DNA of 64,000 nucleotides, taken from assembly GCF_047654785.1 (NCBI RefSeq), contig NZ_JASGKQ010000002.1, positions 577,268 to 641,267 on the forward strand, in the 5' to 3' direction. This DNA is from Roseateles sp. GTDB taxonomy: Bacteria; Pseudomonadota; Gammaproteobacteria; Burkholderiales; Burkholderiaceae_C. The translations under genes and the position numbers were made by a program. Of the stretch, positions 1 to 9,704 are shown piece by piece. The first letter of the stretch is position 1. Each line of letters starts with the position of its first letter. The notes under the pieces were generated by a model. That model ran no database searches. It was given only the letters and a program-made list of their open reading frames with translations, and was not told the DNA's origin.

Positions 1-1485
1 GCGGACCTGGCCTTCACCACCTTCCGCGCCGACACGCCGGCCCGGGCGCGCCAGATCGCCGCCCAGGCGCTGGCCGAGGCGCAGAGGGACCCCGACCCGA
101 TGACGCTCAACCAGGTCCACACGGTGCGCGGCATCGTCCACGTGGACGACAGCGACTCCGGCATCCTGCAGCAGGCCTACGCCGACGCGCTGGAGCAGGC
201 CACGCTGGCCGGTGCCGAGGCGGTGCGCGCGCTGGGCCTGGGCAACTACGCCGACTACCACCTGCGCCAGGGCCAGCCGGCGCGCGCGCTGCAGCTGGCC
301 GAGCAGGCGCTGCCGCTGGCCCGCGCGGCGCGCAGCAGCAGCGCCGAGAGCCTGGCCCGCATCAACATCGGCCTGGCCAAGATCGCGCTGGGCCGCGTCG
401 CCGAGGGCCGCGAGGACGTGCGCAGCGGCATCCTGCTGGACGAGCAGCAGGGCGCGCTGTCCTACGCCTCCGACACCTGGAAGGAGCTGTCCGGCTACCT
501 GGAGCGCGCCGGCGACCTGGGCGGCGCCGTCGGCGCCTGGCGCGAGCACCGCCGCCTGGCGGACCGCGTGCTGCGCGACGAGACCCGCAAGCTGCTGCTG
601 GAGGCCCAGGAGCGCCAGGACGCCGAGCAGCGCGCCCGCGACATCGAGCTGCTCAACCGCGACAACGCGCTCAAGGCCGAGCAGGTGCAGCAGCGCAACC
701 TCGCGCTGTCGCTGTGGGCCGCTTTGGGCGGCTGCGTGGTGGTGTCGCTGGGGCTGCTGTACCAGGCCTTCCGCCGCGTGCGCCGCACCAACGAGCAGCT
801 GGCGCACAGCAATGCGTCGCTGAAGCGCCAGAGCGAGACCGACCCGCTGACCGGCCTGGCCAACCGCCGCCACTTCCAGGCCGCCATCCGCAGCCTGTCC
901 GGCGGCGAGGGCCTGGCCGCCAGCGTGTTCCTGGTCGACGTGGACCACTTCAAGCGCATCAACGACGGCTTCGGCCATGCGGCCGGCGACGCCGTGCTCG
1001 TCGAGCTGGCCCGCCGGCTGCGCGAGGCCGTGCGCGACGACGACCTGATCGTCCGCTGGGGCGGCGAGGAATTCCTCATCGTCGCCCGCGCCCGCGCGAC
1101 CATGTCCGCGCCGCAGCTCGCCCAGCGCCTGCTCGACCTCGTCGGCGGCCAGCCCGTGGCGTTCGAGGGCCGCGGGATCGCCGTCACCGCCTCCATCGGT
1201 TTCGTCAGCCTGCCGCTGGCGCCGCACGGCGTCTACCTGTGCTGGGAGCGGGCCATCGACCTGGTCGACACCGTCATGTACATCGCCAAGGCCCATGGCC
1301 GCAACAAGGCCTACGGCGTGGAGCGGCTGGACGCGCACGACGCCGCCGAGGCGGCCGCCCTGGCCACGCGCCTGGAGGCCGCGTGGGGCGAAGGCCGTGT
1401 CGGGCTGACGGTGCTCGGCGGCCCCGCGCTGCCGGCCGACTCCCGCTACGCCCTGGACGACGGCCCCCGGCCGGCCGGCGCATGA
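1..1485 (+). CDS. Diguanylate cyclase, TPR-like region + TM + GGDEF domain (5' end cut by window edge)
   Basis: Frame 1 is open from base 1, so the listed Met at 100 is internal. The C-terminal GGDEF domain has RWGGEEF and an RDDD I-site 5 aa upstream. A hydrophobic segment (LSLWAALGGCVVVSLGLLY) precedes the domain. Confidence 0.85.
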   Translation, partial: ADLAFTTFRADTPARARQIAAQALAEAQRDPDPMTLNQVHTVRGIVHVDDSDSGILQQAYADALEQATLAGAEAVRALGLGNYADYHLRQGQPARALQLAEQALPLARAARSSSAESLARINIGLAKIALGRVAEGREDVRSGILLDEQQGALSYASDTWKELSGYLERAGDLGGAVGAWREHRRLADRVLRDETRKLLLEAQERQDAEQRARDIELLNRDNALKAEQVQQRNLALSLWAALGGCVVVSLGLLYQAFRRVRRTNEQLAHSNASLKRQSETDPLTGLANRRHFQAAIRSLSGGEGLAASVFLVDVDHFKRINDGFGHAAGDAVLVELARRLREAVRDDDLIVRWGGEEFLIVARARATMSAPQLAQRLLDLVGGQPVAFEGRGIAVTASIGFVSLPLAPHGVYLCWERAIDLVDTVMYIAKAHGRNKAYGVERLDAHDAAEAAALATRLEAAWGEGRVGLTVLGGPALPADSRYALDDGPRPAGA

Positions 1486-3521
1486 GGCCCGTGCGCACGC
1501 TCGCGCTGGCCCTGCTGCTGGCTGCCGCCGCCGCCCGGGCCGCGGTGCCGGACGTGGCGGCCGAGGAGGCGCTGCTGCAGCAGATCACACGGCGCGCCAG
1601 CGACGCCCCCGAGGGCATGCTCGCCGAGCTGGAGCGCCGCTGGCCCGCCCAGGCCGGGCCCGGCCAGCCGCGCGAGCCGGCCTGGCTGCTGGCGCGCGGC
1701 AAGGTGCTGCTGGCCGGCGGCCAGGCCGAGGCCGCCGAGGCCGTGGCCACGCAGCTGATGGCCCGCCCGGACGGCGCCGACTTCGGCTGGCTGCTGCGTG
1801 CGCTGATCCAGGAGCGCGCGGGCAAGCCCGCCATCGCGCTCGCCGCGCGCGCGCTCGCCGGCATGGAGGCGCGCTGCCCCAGGGGCGACGAGGCGCGCGC
1901 CGTGCGCGAGCTGGGCTGCGACTTCCGCAACGCCTGGGAGGCGCTGCGCCTGACGCAGCGCGAGCAGGCGGCCCAGGGCACCGTCGTCGACGCCGAGGCC
2001 AGCGTGCGCCGCGCGCTGGCGCTGGCCCGGGCCGGCGGGGACCGCTACCTCACCGCCCTCAGCCTCGGGCAGCTGGCGCTGCTGCTGCAGGCGCAGGAAC
2101 AGCTGGACGCGGCCCGCGACCACATCCGCGCGGCCCTGGCCGAGGCCCAGGGCGACCTGCTGGCCAGCGCGCGGGTGCGCAACTTCGAGGCCGGCGTCGA
2201 GCGCCGCGCGCGCGACGTCGGCGCCTCGCGCAGCGCGCTGGAGGCCGCGCTGGCGCTGGCGGAGCGGGCCGACGCGCCGCGCCTGGCCGCGCAGCTGCGC
2301 AGCAACCTCGTCGACGCCTACATGCACCTGGGGATGCTGAAGGAGGCGCTCGCCACCGGCCAGCGCGCGCTGCCGGTGATGCAGCACTTCCAGGACCGCA
2401 ACTACGAGCGCGGCCTGCGCCACAACCTGGCGGTCACCCACATCAAGCTGCGCCAGTTCGACGCCGCGCGCCAGGAGCTGGCCCGGGTCGCCGAGCTGGA
2501 CATCGACCCCTCCCTGCTGGTGCCGCGCGCCCGCGCGCTGCGCGAGCTGGCCGAGACCTGGGCCGAGGCCGGCCAGTACAAGGAGGCGCTGGCCGCCTTC
2601 CACGAGGAGCGCGAGCTGACCGCGCGCAGCAACGAGCGCAACCGCGCCGCCGCGCTGCAGGAGCTGCGCCGCAAGTACGACAGCGCCGCCCGCCAGCGCG
2701 ACCTGGACCTGCTGGCCCGCGACGGCCAGCTCAAGGACCAGCAGCTGGAGAACCGCCGGCTGGCGCAGAAGGTGGGCGTGGCGGTGGGCGCGCTGCTGCT
2801 GCTGTCCATCGCGCTGGTGGGCGTCACGCTGCTGCGCATGCGCCGCGCGCAGGCGCGGCTGACGGCCAACCAGAGCCGGCTGCGCGCGCAGAGCGAGCGC
2901 GACCCGCTGACCGACCTGTCCAACCGCCGCCACTTCCTGGCCGTCATGGAGCAGCGCGCGCGCGAGAACCGCGCCGATGGCTTCCACGGCGCGCTGATGA
3001 TGGTCGACATCGACCACTTCAAGAACGTCAACGACGAGCACGGCCATGCGTCGGGCGACGCGGTCATCGTCGAGGTGGGCCGCCGCATCCGCGCCGCGGT
3101 GCGCGACAGTGACCTGGTCGTGCGCTGGGGCGGCGAGGAGTTCCTCGTCTTCGCGCCCGACACGCCGGGCGCCGACCTGGTGCAGATGGCCGAGCGCATC
3201 CTGCGCGGCATCGGCGGCGAGCCCGTCGCGACGCCCGACGGCCCGCTGCGCGTCACCGCCTCCCTCGGCTTCGCCAGCTTCCCGCTGGGCGGGCGGGCCG
3301 GCGGCCCGGTGCTGCGCCTGCACTGGGAGCAGGCCGTCAACTGGGCCGACATGGTGCTCTACAAGGCCAAGGCCGAGGGCCGCAACCGTGCCGTCGGCAT
3401 CACCGCCGTCGAGGCGCCCGACGCCGCCGCGCTGGGCACCATCCTGCAGGACTTCGACGCCGCCTGCCTCGGCGGCCAGGTCACGCTGACGGTGCTGGAC
3501 GGCCCCGCGCCGCTGACATGA
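1482..3521 (+). CDS. Diguanylate cyclase with signal peptide, TPR-like repeats, TM segment and GGDEF domain
   Basis: ATG 1482 overlaps the upstream stop (ATGA). The N-terminus MRPVRTLALALLLAAAAARA looks like a signal peptide. The GGDEF domain has RWGGEEF and an RDSD I-site. The listed 714 start is an upstream artefact that overlaps gene 1. Confidence 0.85.
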   Translation: MRPVRTLALALLLAAAAARAAVPDVAAEEALLQQITRRASDAPEGMLAELERRWPAQAGPGQPREPAWLLARGKVLLAGGQAEAAEAVATQLMARPDGADFGWLLRALIQERAGKPAIALAARALAGMEARCPRGDEARAVRELGCDFRNAWEALRLTQREQAAQGTVVDAEASVRRALALARAGGDRYLTALSLGQLALLLQAQEQLDAARDHIRAALAEAQGDLLASARVRNFEAGVERRARDVGASRSALEAALALAERADAPRLAAQLRSNLVDAYMHLGMLKEALATGQRALPVMQHFQDRNYERGLRHNLAVTHIKLRQFDAARQELARVAELDIDPSLLVPRARALRELAETWAEAGQYKEALAAFHEERELTARSNERNRAAALQELRRKYDSAARQRDLDLLARDGQLKDQQLENRRLAQKVGVAVGALLLLSIALVGVTLLRMRRAQARLTANQSRLRAQSERDPLTDLSNRRHFLAVMEQRARENRADGFHGALMMVDIDHFKNVNDEHGHASGDAVIVEVGRRIRAAVRDSDLVVRWGGEEFLVFAPDTPGADLVQMAERILRGIGGEPVATPDGPLRVTASLGFASFPLGGRAGGPVLRLHWEQAVNWADMVLYKAKAEGRNRAVGITAVEAPDAAALGTILQDFDAACLGGQVTLTVLDGPAPLT

Positions 3522-5182
3522 AACCCGCCACCTGGCGCGCCGACCTGGTGGCCGGCGCCGTCGTCGCCGTGCTGCTGATCCCGCAGAGCCTGGCCTACGC
3601 GATGCTGGCCGGCCTGCCCGCGCAGGTGGGGCTGTACGCCAGCCTGCTGCCGCTGCTGGCCTACGCGGCGCTGGGCTCCAGCCCGGTGCTGGGCCTGGGG
3701 CCGGTGGCGGTGCTGGCGCTGATGATCGCGCAGGCGCTGGCCGGCCTGCCGGCCAGCGTCGGCGCCGAGGCCGGCGCGCTGGTGCTGGCCGCCGAGGTGG
3801 GGCTGCTGCTGGCGGCCGCCGCGCTGCTGCGGCTGGATGCGCTGGCCAGCCTGCTCTCGGTGCCGGCGCTGCGCGGCTTCGAGAACGGCGCCACGCTGAT
3901 GATCGCGGCCAGCCAGCTGCCGGTGCTGCTGGGCAGCGCGGCGGCGGGCTTCACGCTGCCGGACCTGGCCGCCTCCGCGCTGCACGGCGGCTGGGGGCTG
4001 CGCAGCGCGGCCTGGGGCGCGGCGGCCGTGGCGCTGCTGCTGCTGGCGCGCCGGGCGGGCTCGCGGCTGCTGATGCGGCTGGCGCCGCTGGCGCTGCTGG
4101 TGGCGGCGATGGCGCTGTCGGCGCTGACGCCCGCGGGCCGGGGCGTGGCGCAGGTGGGCGCGCTGCCGGCGCTGTCGCTGCCGCTGGGCCTGCCGCCGCT
4201 GCAGGGCGCGCTGTGGTGGCAGTTGCTGCCCAGCGCGGCGCTGGTGGCGCTGATGGCCTTCGTGTCCAGCCTGGCGGTGTCGGAGTCGCTGGCGCAGCGC
4301 CGCGGCGAGAAGCTGCTGCCCGCGGCCGAGCTGCGCGGCCTGGCGGCGGCCAACCTGGTGGCGTCGCTCACCGGCGGCATGCCGGTGGCGGGCAGCTTCT
4401 CGCGCAGCATCCTGCTGCACGAGGCCGGCGCGCACAGCCGCTGGGCGCTGGTGTTCGTCGCCGTCTTCATGGCGCTGGCCATGGCGCTGCTGGCCGGGCC
4501 GCTGGCCCACCTGCCCAAGCCGGTGCTGGCGGCCACCATCGTCGTGGCGGTGCTGGGCGGCTTCTCGCTGCAGCCCTACCGGGAGGCCTGGCGCTACGCG
4601 CCGGCCGAGGGGCTGCTGATGGCGGCCGTGTCGGTCACGGTGCTGGCCTGGAGCGTCGGCGCCGCGCTGGCGCTGGGCGTGGCGGGCTCGGTGGCGCTGC
4701 TGATCCAGCGCACCGCGCGGCCGCACGTGGCGCGCATCGGCCGGGTGCCGGGCACGCATCACTTCCGCAACGTGGAGCGCTTCGCGGTGGAGTGCCGGCC
4801 CGAGGTGGTGGGGCTGCGCATCGACGAGAGCCTGGTGTTCACCAACGCGCGCGGCCTGGCCGACGTGGTGCTGGCCCATGTGCGCGAGCACCGCGCGCAG
4901 GTCGGCGCGCCGCAGCGGGTGCTGCTGCTGATGGCGCCGGTGAACCACATCGACGTCTCCGGCCTGGTGGCGCTGCAGGAGCTGCACGCGGCGCTGGCCG
5001 CCGAGGGGCTGCGGCTGGAGTTCTCCGAGGTGAAAGGCCCCGTGCTGGACCGCCTGCGCGCCGTGGGCTGGCTGGAGCGCCACGACGTGTCGCTCTACCT
5101 CAGCCACCACGAGGGCATCCAGGCCGGCGAGCAGGCGCTGCGGCCCAGCCAGGCCGACCTGGACGCGCCGGGGCAGCTTTAG
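3518..5182 (+). CDS. SulP family inorganic anion transporter with C-terminal STAS domain
   Basis: The N-terminus DLVAGAVVAVLLIPQSLAYAMLAGLP is typical of SulP. There are many TM segments and a soluble STAS-like C-terminus. The ATG overlaps the upstream stop (ATGA). Confidence 0.9.
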   Translation: MKPATWRADLVAGAVVAVLLIPQSLAYAMLAGLPAQVGLYASLLPLLAYAALGSSPVLGLGPVAVLALMIAQALAGLPASVGAEAGALVLAAEVGLLLAAAALLRLDALASLLSVPALRGFENGATLMIAASQLPVLLGSAAAGFTLPDLAASALHGGWGLRSAAWGAAAVALLLLARRAGSRLLMRLAPLALLVAAMALSALTPAGRGVAQVGALPALSLPLGLPPLQGALWWQLLPSAALVALMAFVSSLAVSESLAQRRGEKLLPAAELRGLAAANLVASLTGGMPVAGSFSRSILLHEAGAHSRWALVFVAVFMALAMALLAGPLAHLPKPVLAATIVVAVLGGFSLQPYREAWRYAPAEGLLMAAVSVTVLAWSVGAALALGVAGSVALLIQRTARPHVARIGRVPGTHHFRNVERFAVECRPEVVGLRIDESLVFTNARGLADVVLAHVREHRAQVGAPQRVLLLMAPVNHIDVSGLVALQELHAALAAEGLRLEFSEVKGPVLDRLRAVGWLERHDVSLYLSHHEGIQAGEQALRPSQADLDAPGQL

Positions 5183-5228
5183 CGCGCATCTGCTACCGTT
5201 CCGGCCCGATTCGCGGTCCCCGGACGCC

Positions 5229-6722
5229 ATGAACAACGAAGAGACCTTGCGCGGCATCCGCCGTGGCATCGAGAAGGAAAGCCTGCGCGCCCTGCCGGAC
5301 GGCGGCCTGGCGCTGACGCCGCACCCCGCCGCGCTGGGGTCGGCGCTGACGCATCCGCACATCACCACCGACTACAGCGAGTCCCAGCTGGAGCTGATCA
5401 CCGGCGTCCACGCCGGGGTGGACGGGGTGCTGGGCGAGCTGACCGAGATCCACCAGGCGGTCTACCGCGCGCTGGGCGACGAGCGCCTGTGGGCCAGCTC
5501 CATGCCCTGCGGGCTGCCGGCCGACGAGACCATCCCCATCGGCCGCTACGGCCACAGCAACGTGGGCCGCGCCAAGAGCGTCTACCGCATGGGCCTGGGC
5601 CAGCGCTACGGCCGGCGCATGCAGACCATCTCGGGCATCCACTACAACTGGTCGCTGCCCGGCGTGGGCACCGACGGCTACCTGGCCGCCATCCGCAACT
5701 TCCGCCGCGAGGGCTGGCTGCTGCTCTACCTGTTCGGCGCCAGCCCGGCGCTGTGCGAGAGCTTCGTCGCCGGCCGCGAGCACGGGCTGCAGCGGCTGTC
5801 CGGCCGCACGCTGTACCAGCCGCACGCCACCTCGCTGCGCATGGGCCCGCTGGGCTACCAGAGCGACGCGCAGGCCCGCATCGCCGTCAGCTACAACTGC
5901 CTGGAGAGCTATGCCGCCTCGCTGCAGGACGCGCTGGCCACGCCCTACCCGGCGTACGAGGCCATCGGCGTGCAGACGCCCGGCGGCGACTACAACCAGC
6001 TCTCGACCAGCCTGCTGCAGATCGAGAACGAGTTCTACGGCACCATCCGCGCCAAGCGCGTGATCCGCCCCGGCGAGCGGCCGCTGCACGCGCTGCGCGA
6101 GCGCGGCGTGGAGTACATCGAGGTGCGGCTGATGGACCTGGACCCGTTCGAGCCCGTGGGCATCGGCGCCGACGCCATCCGCGTGCTCGATGCCTTCCTG
6201 CTGCATTGCCTGCACGGCGACAGCCCCGCCGACACGCCCGCCGAGATCGCCGCCAACGCGCGCAACCAGCACCGCGTCGCCGCGCGCGGCCGCGAGCCCG
6301 GCCTGGTGCTGGAGCACTGGCGGCGCGGCGAACTGCCGCTGGCGGACTGGGCCGGCGAGATCCTGGCCGGCTGCGCGGTGCAGGCCGCCGCGCTGGACGC
6401 CGCGCACGGCGGCAGCGCCTACCGCGACGCGCTCGCCCGCGTCGGCCGCCGGCTGGCCGAGCCGGCGCTGTGCCCGTCGGCCCGCGTGCTGGCGGCCATG
6501 GCGCGGGACTTCCACGACAGCCACGTCGCCTTCATCCGCCACCGCAGCGACGCCGCCCGCGCCGCGCTGCTGGCGCTGCCCTTCCCCGACGCGCTGCAGC
6601 GCCGCTTCGAGCGGCTGGCCGCCGACTCGCGCGCCGAGCAGGCCCGCATCGAGGCGGCGGACACGCTGCCGTTCGAGGAGTTCCGGCGCCACTACGTCGC
6701 GCCGGAGCGCATGGCGGTCTAG
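5229..6722 (+). CDS. gshA: Glutamate--cysteine ligase (type 1, E. coli-like)
   Basis: RGIEKESLR ... ALGSALTHPHITTDYSESQLELITGV matches the GshA N-terminal signature. Similarity pattern extends over the full length. Confidence 0.9.
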   Translation: MNNEETLRGIRRGIEKESLRALPDGGLALTPHPAALGSALTHPHITTDYSESQLELITGVHAGVDGVLGELTEIHQAVYRALGDERLWASSMPCGLPADETIPIGRYGHSNVGRAKSVYRMGLGQRYGRRMQTISGIHYNWSLPGVGTDGYLAAIRNFRREGWLLLYLFGASPALCESFVAGREHGLQRLSGRTLYQPHATSLRMGPLGYQSDAQARIAVSYNCLESYAASLQDALATPYPAYEAIGVQTPGGDYNQLSTSLLQIENEFYGTIRAKRVIRPGERPLHALRERGVEYIEVRLMDLDPFEPVGIGADAIRVLDAFLLHCLHGDSPADTPAEIAANARNQHRVAARGREPGLVLEHWRRGELPLADWAGEILAGCAVQAAALDAAHGGSAYRDALARVGRRLAEPALCPSARVLAAMARDFHDSHVAFIRHRSDAARAALLALPFPDALQRRFERLAADSRAEQARIEAADTLPFEEFRRHYVAPERMAV

Positions 6723-8893
6723 CCAGGCCCGTCGGGCAGCTCGCCGTACAGCGACGCGCTGAAGCGCAGCCCGCCGCCGCCCGGCGCCTGGTGCTCCAGC
6801 GCCCAGCGGGTCAATTCGTCGGCCGGCATGGGCCGCGCGAACAGGAAGCCCTGCAGCTTGTCGCAGTGCTTGCCGCGCAGCACGGCGGCCTGGCCTTCGG
6901 TTTCCACCCCTTCGGCCACCACGCTCAGGCTCAGCGCGTGGGCCAGCTCGATGACGGCGTTGACGATGGCGCGCGCGTCGGCGCTGGTCTCCAGGTCCTG
7001 CACGAAGCTGCGGTCGATCTTCAGCTGCGACACCGGCAGCCGGCGCAAATAGGCCAGGCTGGAATAGCCGGTGCCGAAGTCGTCGATGGACAGCGCCAGG
7101 CCCAGGTCGGCCAGGCGGCGCAGCGTGCGCTCGGTGGCGGCGGCGTCGTCCATCGCGACGGACTCGGTGATCTCGCAGGTGAGCTGCCGCGGATCGACGC
7201 CGTGCTCGGCCAGCGCCTGCTCGAAGCGGCGCACCAGCGCGTCCGGCTGGCGCAGCTGCTGCACCGAGAGGTTGATGGCCACGCGCATCTGCAGCCCGGC
7301 GTCGCGCCAGGCGGCGATCTGCCGGCAGGACTCGGCGATCACCCAGTCGCCCAGCGGCATGATGAGCCCGAAGCGTTCCGCCACCGGGATGAGCACGCCC
7401 GGGCTGACGCCGCCGCGCTGCGGGTGCTGCCAGCGCAGCAGCGCCTCGACGCCGTTGACCTCGGTGTCGTCGCCGTCGCGGGTGGCGACCTTGGGCTGGT
7501 AGTGCAGCGCCAGCCGGCCGCCGCCGGACTCGCCGGCCAGCGCGGCGCGCAGGTCGCGCGCCAGCTCCACCTGCTCGCGCACGCCGGCCTGCATGTGGGC
7601 CTCGAAGAACGCGAAGCCGTTGCCGCCCGCGCGCTTGACCGACTGCGCCGCCGAGTCCGACTGCGCCACCAGCGTCTCGCCGGGCGCCTGGCCGTCGTAC
7701 AGCGCGATGCCGATGGACGCCGACAGCCGCAGCGGCTGGCTGCCCGCGCCGGGCACGTCGCGCAGGGGCAAGGCCAGCGCGTCCAGCAGGCGCTGCGCCA
7801 CCTGCGCCAGCGTGGCCTCGGCCGCGTCGCCCTCGATCAGCAGCACGAACTCGTCCGCGCCGAGCCGGGCCAGCGTGTCGTGGCCGCGCGCCAGCGCCTG
7901 CAGCCGCCGCGCGGTCTCGCGCAGCACGTGGTCGCCGGCGGTCAGGCCGAAGCTGTCGTTGATGGGCTTGAAACCGTCGAGGTTGACCGTCAGCAGCGCC
8001 AGCCGCACGGCCCCGCGCCGGCCGCGCGCCGCGGCGTGCTGCAGGCGGTCGTCCAGCAACTGGCGGTTGGCCAGGCCGGTCAGCGGATCGCGCAGCGCGC
8101 GCGCCTGCAGCTCCGCGGTGGCGGCGGTCAGCGAGGTCTGCAGCCGGTTGTTGTGGCGCTGGGCGCGGGCGTCCATGGCCGAGGTCAGCAGCGTCAGCAG
8201 CAGCAGCGCGCCGGTGGCGCCGGCTACCAGGTGGCCGAGCCGGTCGCCGCGCAGCCCGTCCGTGCTGACACAGATGGAAGCCGCGTCCAGGCCCGCCGCC
8301 GCCATGCCGGTGTAGTGCATGCCCGCCACCGCCGCGCCCATGACGAGGGCGGCCGCCACCTGGCCCCACTGCGCCCAGCCGGCCGCGAGCCGGCGCAGCC
8401 AGAAGAAGATGCACAGCGCCGCGGCCGAGGCGCCGGTGGCGATGGCCGCCGACGCGGCCACCAGCCCCCAGTGCCAGCGGATGCCGGGCGACAGCACCAG
8501 CGCCGCCATGCCGATGTAGTGCATGGCGCAGATGCCCACGCCCATGCTGATCGCGCCGGTCGCCAGCCGCGCCAGGGTCAGCCGGTTGTTGGCGGCGATG
8601 CGCAGCGCCACGCCGGACACGGCCACGGCGGCCACCCAGCTCAGCAGCGTGGTGGAGGCGTCGTAGCCGGTGGCGAAGGGCAGCCGCAGCGCCAGCATGC
8701 CGAGGAAGTGCATGGCCCAGATGCCGGTGCCCATGGACAGCGAGCCGGCGATCCACCAGGCGCGGGCCACGGCCAGGTCCGGCGTGCGCACGCGCTGCGC
8801 GAGGTCCAGCGCGACATAGGACGCGAAGGCGGCGGTGAGGTAGGAGAGCACGACCACCGCAGGGTCGAAGCTCAGCGCGAGGGTGGCGGGCAT
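6719..8893 (-). CDS. MHYT-domain sensor protein with GGDEF-like and EAL domains
   Basis: Start reassigned to MPATLALSFDP (Met 78 of the listed ORF). Three MHY repeats (AMHFLGM, AMHYIGM, GMHYTGM) sit in TM helices. The GGDEF-like motif is RLGADEF. EAL signatures EALLRWQHP and DDFGTGYSSL are present. Confidence 0.85.
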   Translation of the reverse strand: MPATLALSFDPAVVVLSYLTAAFASYVALDLAQRVRTPDLAVARAWWIAGSLSMGTGIWAMHFLGMLALRLPFATGYDASTTLLSWVAAVAVSGVALRIAANNRLTLARLATGAISMGVGICAMHYIGMAALVLSPGIRWHWGLVAASAAIATGASAAALCIFFWLRRLAAGWAQWGQVAAALVMGAAVAGMHYTGMAAAGLDAASICVSTDGLRGDRLGHLVAGATGALLLLTLLTSAMDARAQRHNNRLQTSLTAATAELQARALRDPLTGLANRQLLDDRLQHAAARGRRGAVRLALLTVNLDGFKPINDSFGLTAGDHVLRETARRLQALARGHDTLARLGADEFVLLIEGDAAEATLAQVAQRLLDALALPLRDVPGAGSQPLRLSASIGIALYDGQAPGETLVAQSDSAAQSVKRAGGNGFAFFEAHMQAGVREQVELARDLRAALAGESGGGRLALHYQPKVATRDGDDTEVNGVEALLRWQHPQRGGVSPGVLIPVAERFGLIMPLGDWVIAESCRQIAAWRDAGLQMRVAINLSVQQLRQPDALVRRFEQALAEHGVDPRQLTCEITESVAMDDAAATERTLRRLADLGLALSIDDFGTGYSSLAYLRRLPVSQLKIDRSFVQDLETSADARAIVNAVIELAHALSLSVVAEGVETEGQAAVLRGKHCDKLQGFLFARPMPADELTRWALEHQAPGGGGLRFSASLYGELPDGPG

Positions 8894-9011
8894 GGCGGCG
8901 AGTATGAAAGCGCCGCCACGCGCCCCGCGCCCCGCCGCCCGCGCCGGCCGTGAAGGGTTGACGCCACAGGCCAAAAAAGGACGGCCCAGGCCCGCTGCCG
9001 ATAATCCGGCC

Positions 9012-9704
9012 ATGCCCGCTCCCACGCCCCACGCCGCCGAAACCCTGTCCGAAGCCGAGCTGGAGCGCCTGCAGGCGCTGCTCGACGCGCTGCCCGCGCC
9101 GCTGCAGCCGCTGGACGTGAGCATGCTGGACGGCTACCTGTGCGGCGTGCTGCTGCAGCCTCAGGCGGTGCTGCTGGCCGCGTGGCTGCCGCCGCTGCTG
9201 GACAGCGAGGGCCGGCCGACGCCGGCGCGCGTCGACGACGAGCTGCTGGCGCTGCTGCGCCGCCGGCACAAGGAACTGAACCTGGCCATCACCGGCCGGC
9301 AGTGGTTCGACCCGTGGGTCTTCGAGCTCGACGACGAGGCCGGGCCGAGCGACGCGGTGCTGCCCTGGGTGGCCGGCTTCGCGCATGCGCTGGACGCGCA
9401 TCCGGCGCTGCTGCAGCTGCCCGAGGAGCCGCTGCTGGAGCCGCTGGCCGCGATCTACCTGCACCTGGACCCGGACGACCTGGAAGACGCCGACGCGCTG
9501 CTGGAGGAGATCGAGTCGCTGGAGCCGCCGGCCGATCTCGAAGAAGCCGTGGAAGGCCTCGTCAGCGCGGTGCTGATGCTGGCGGACGTGTCGCGGCCGC
9601 TGCGGGCCGAGCCCGGCCGTGGCGGCCTCAGCGGTCCGCGGCGAACAGGCGCTGCGCGTGCAGCCCCAGCCCGGCCGCGACCGAGGCAAAGCGGTCGCCG
9701 CTGA
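9012..9704 (+). CDS. UPF0149 (YgfB-like) family protein
   Basis: LPAPLQPLDVSMLDGYLCGVLLQP and an acidic C-terminal half are typical of the family. Start chosen at ATG 9012. The last ~35 residues are Arg/Pro-rich and overlap the convergent gene. Confidence 0.7.
   Translation: MPAPTPHAAETLSEAELERLQALLDALPAPLQPLDVSMLDGYLCGVLLQPQAVLLAAWLPPLLDSEGRPTPARVDDELLALLRRRHKELNLAITGRQWFDPWVFELDDEAGPSDAVLPWVAGFAHALDAHPALLQLPEEPLLEPLAAIYLHLDPDDLEDADALLEEIESLEPPADLEEAVEGLVSAVLMLADVSRPLRAEPGRGGLSGPRRTGAARAAPARPRPRQSGRR

Noticed and set aside
714-1481. N-terminal extension of the second GGDEF gene given in the ORF track.
   Set aside because: It overlaps the first GGDEF gene in another frame. A signal-peptide-bearing Met at 1482 with an ATGA overlap is the natural start.
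5193-9689. 1498-aa minus-strand ORF spanning gshA, the MHYT gene and the YgfB-like gene.
   Set aside because: Its composition is Arg/Ala/Gly/Pro-dominated. It runs antisense or out of frame to three genes with clear domain signatures. This is a typical shadow ORF of about 70% GC DNA.
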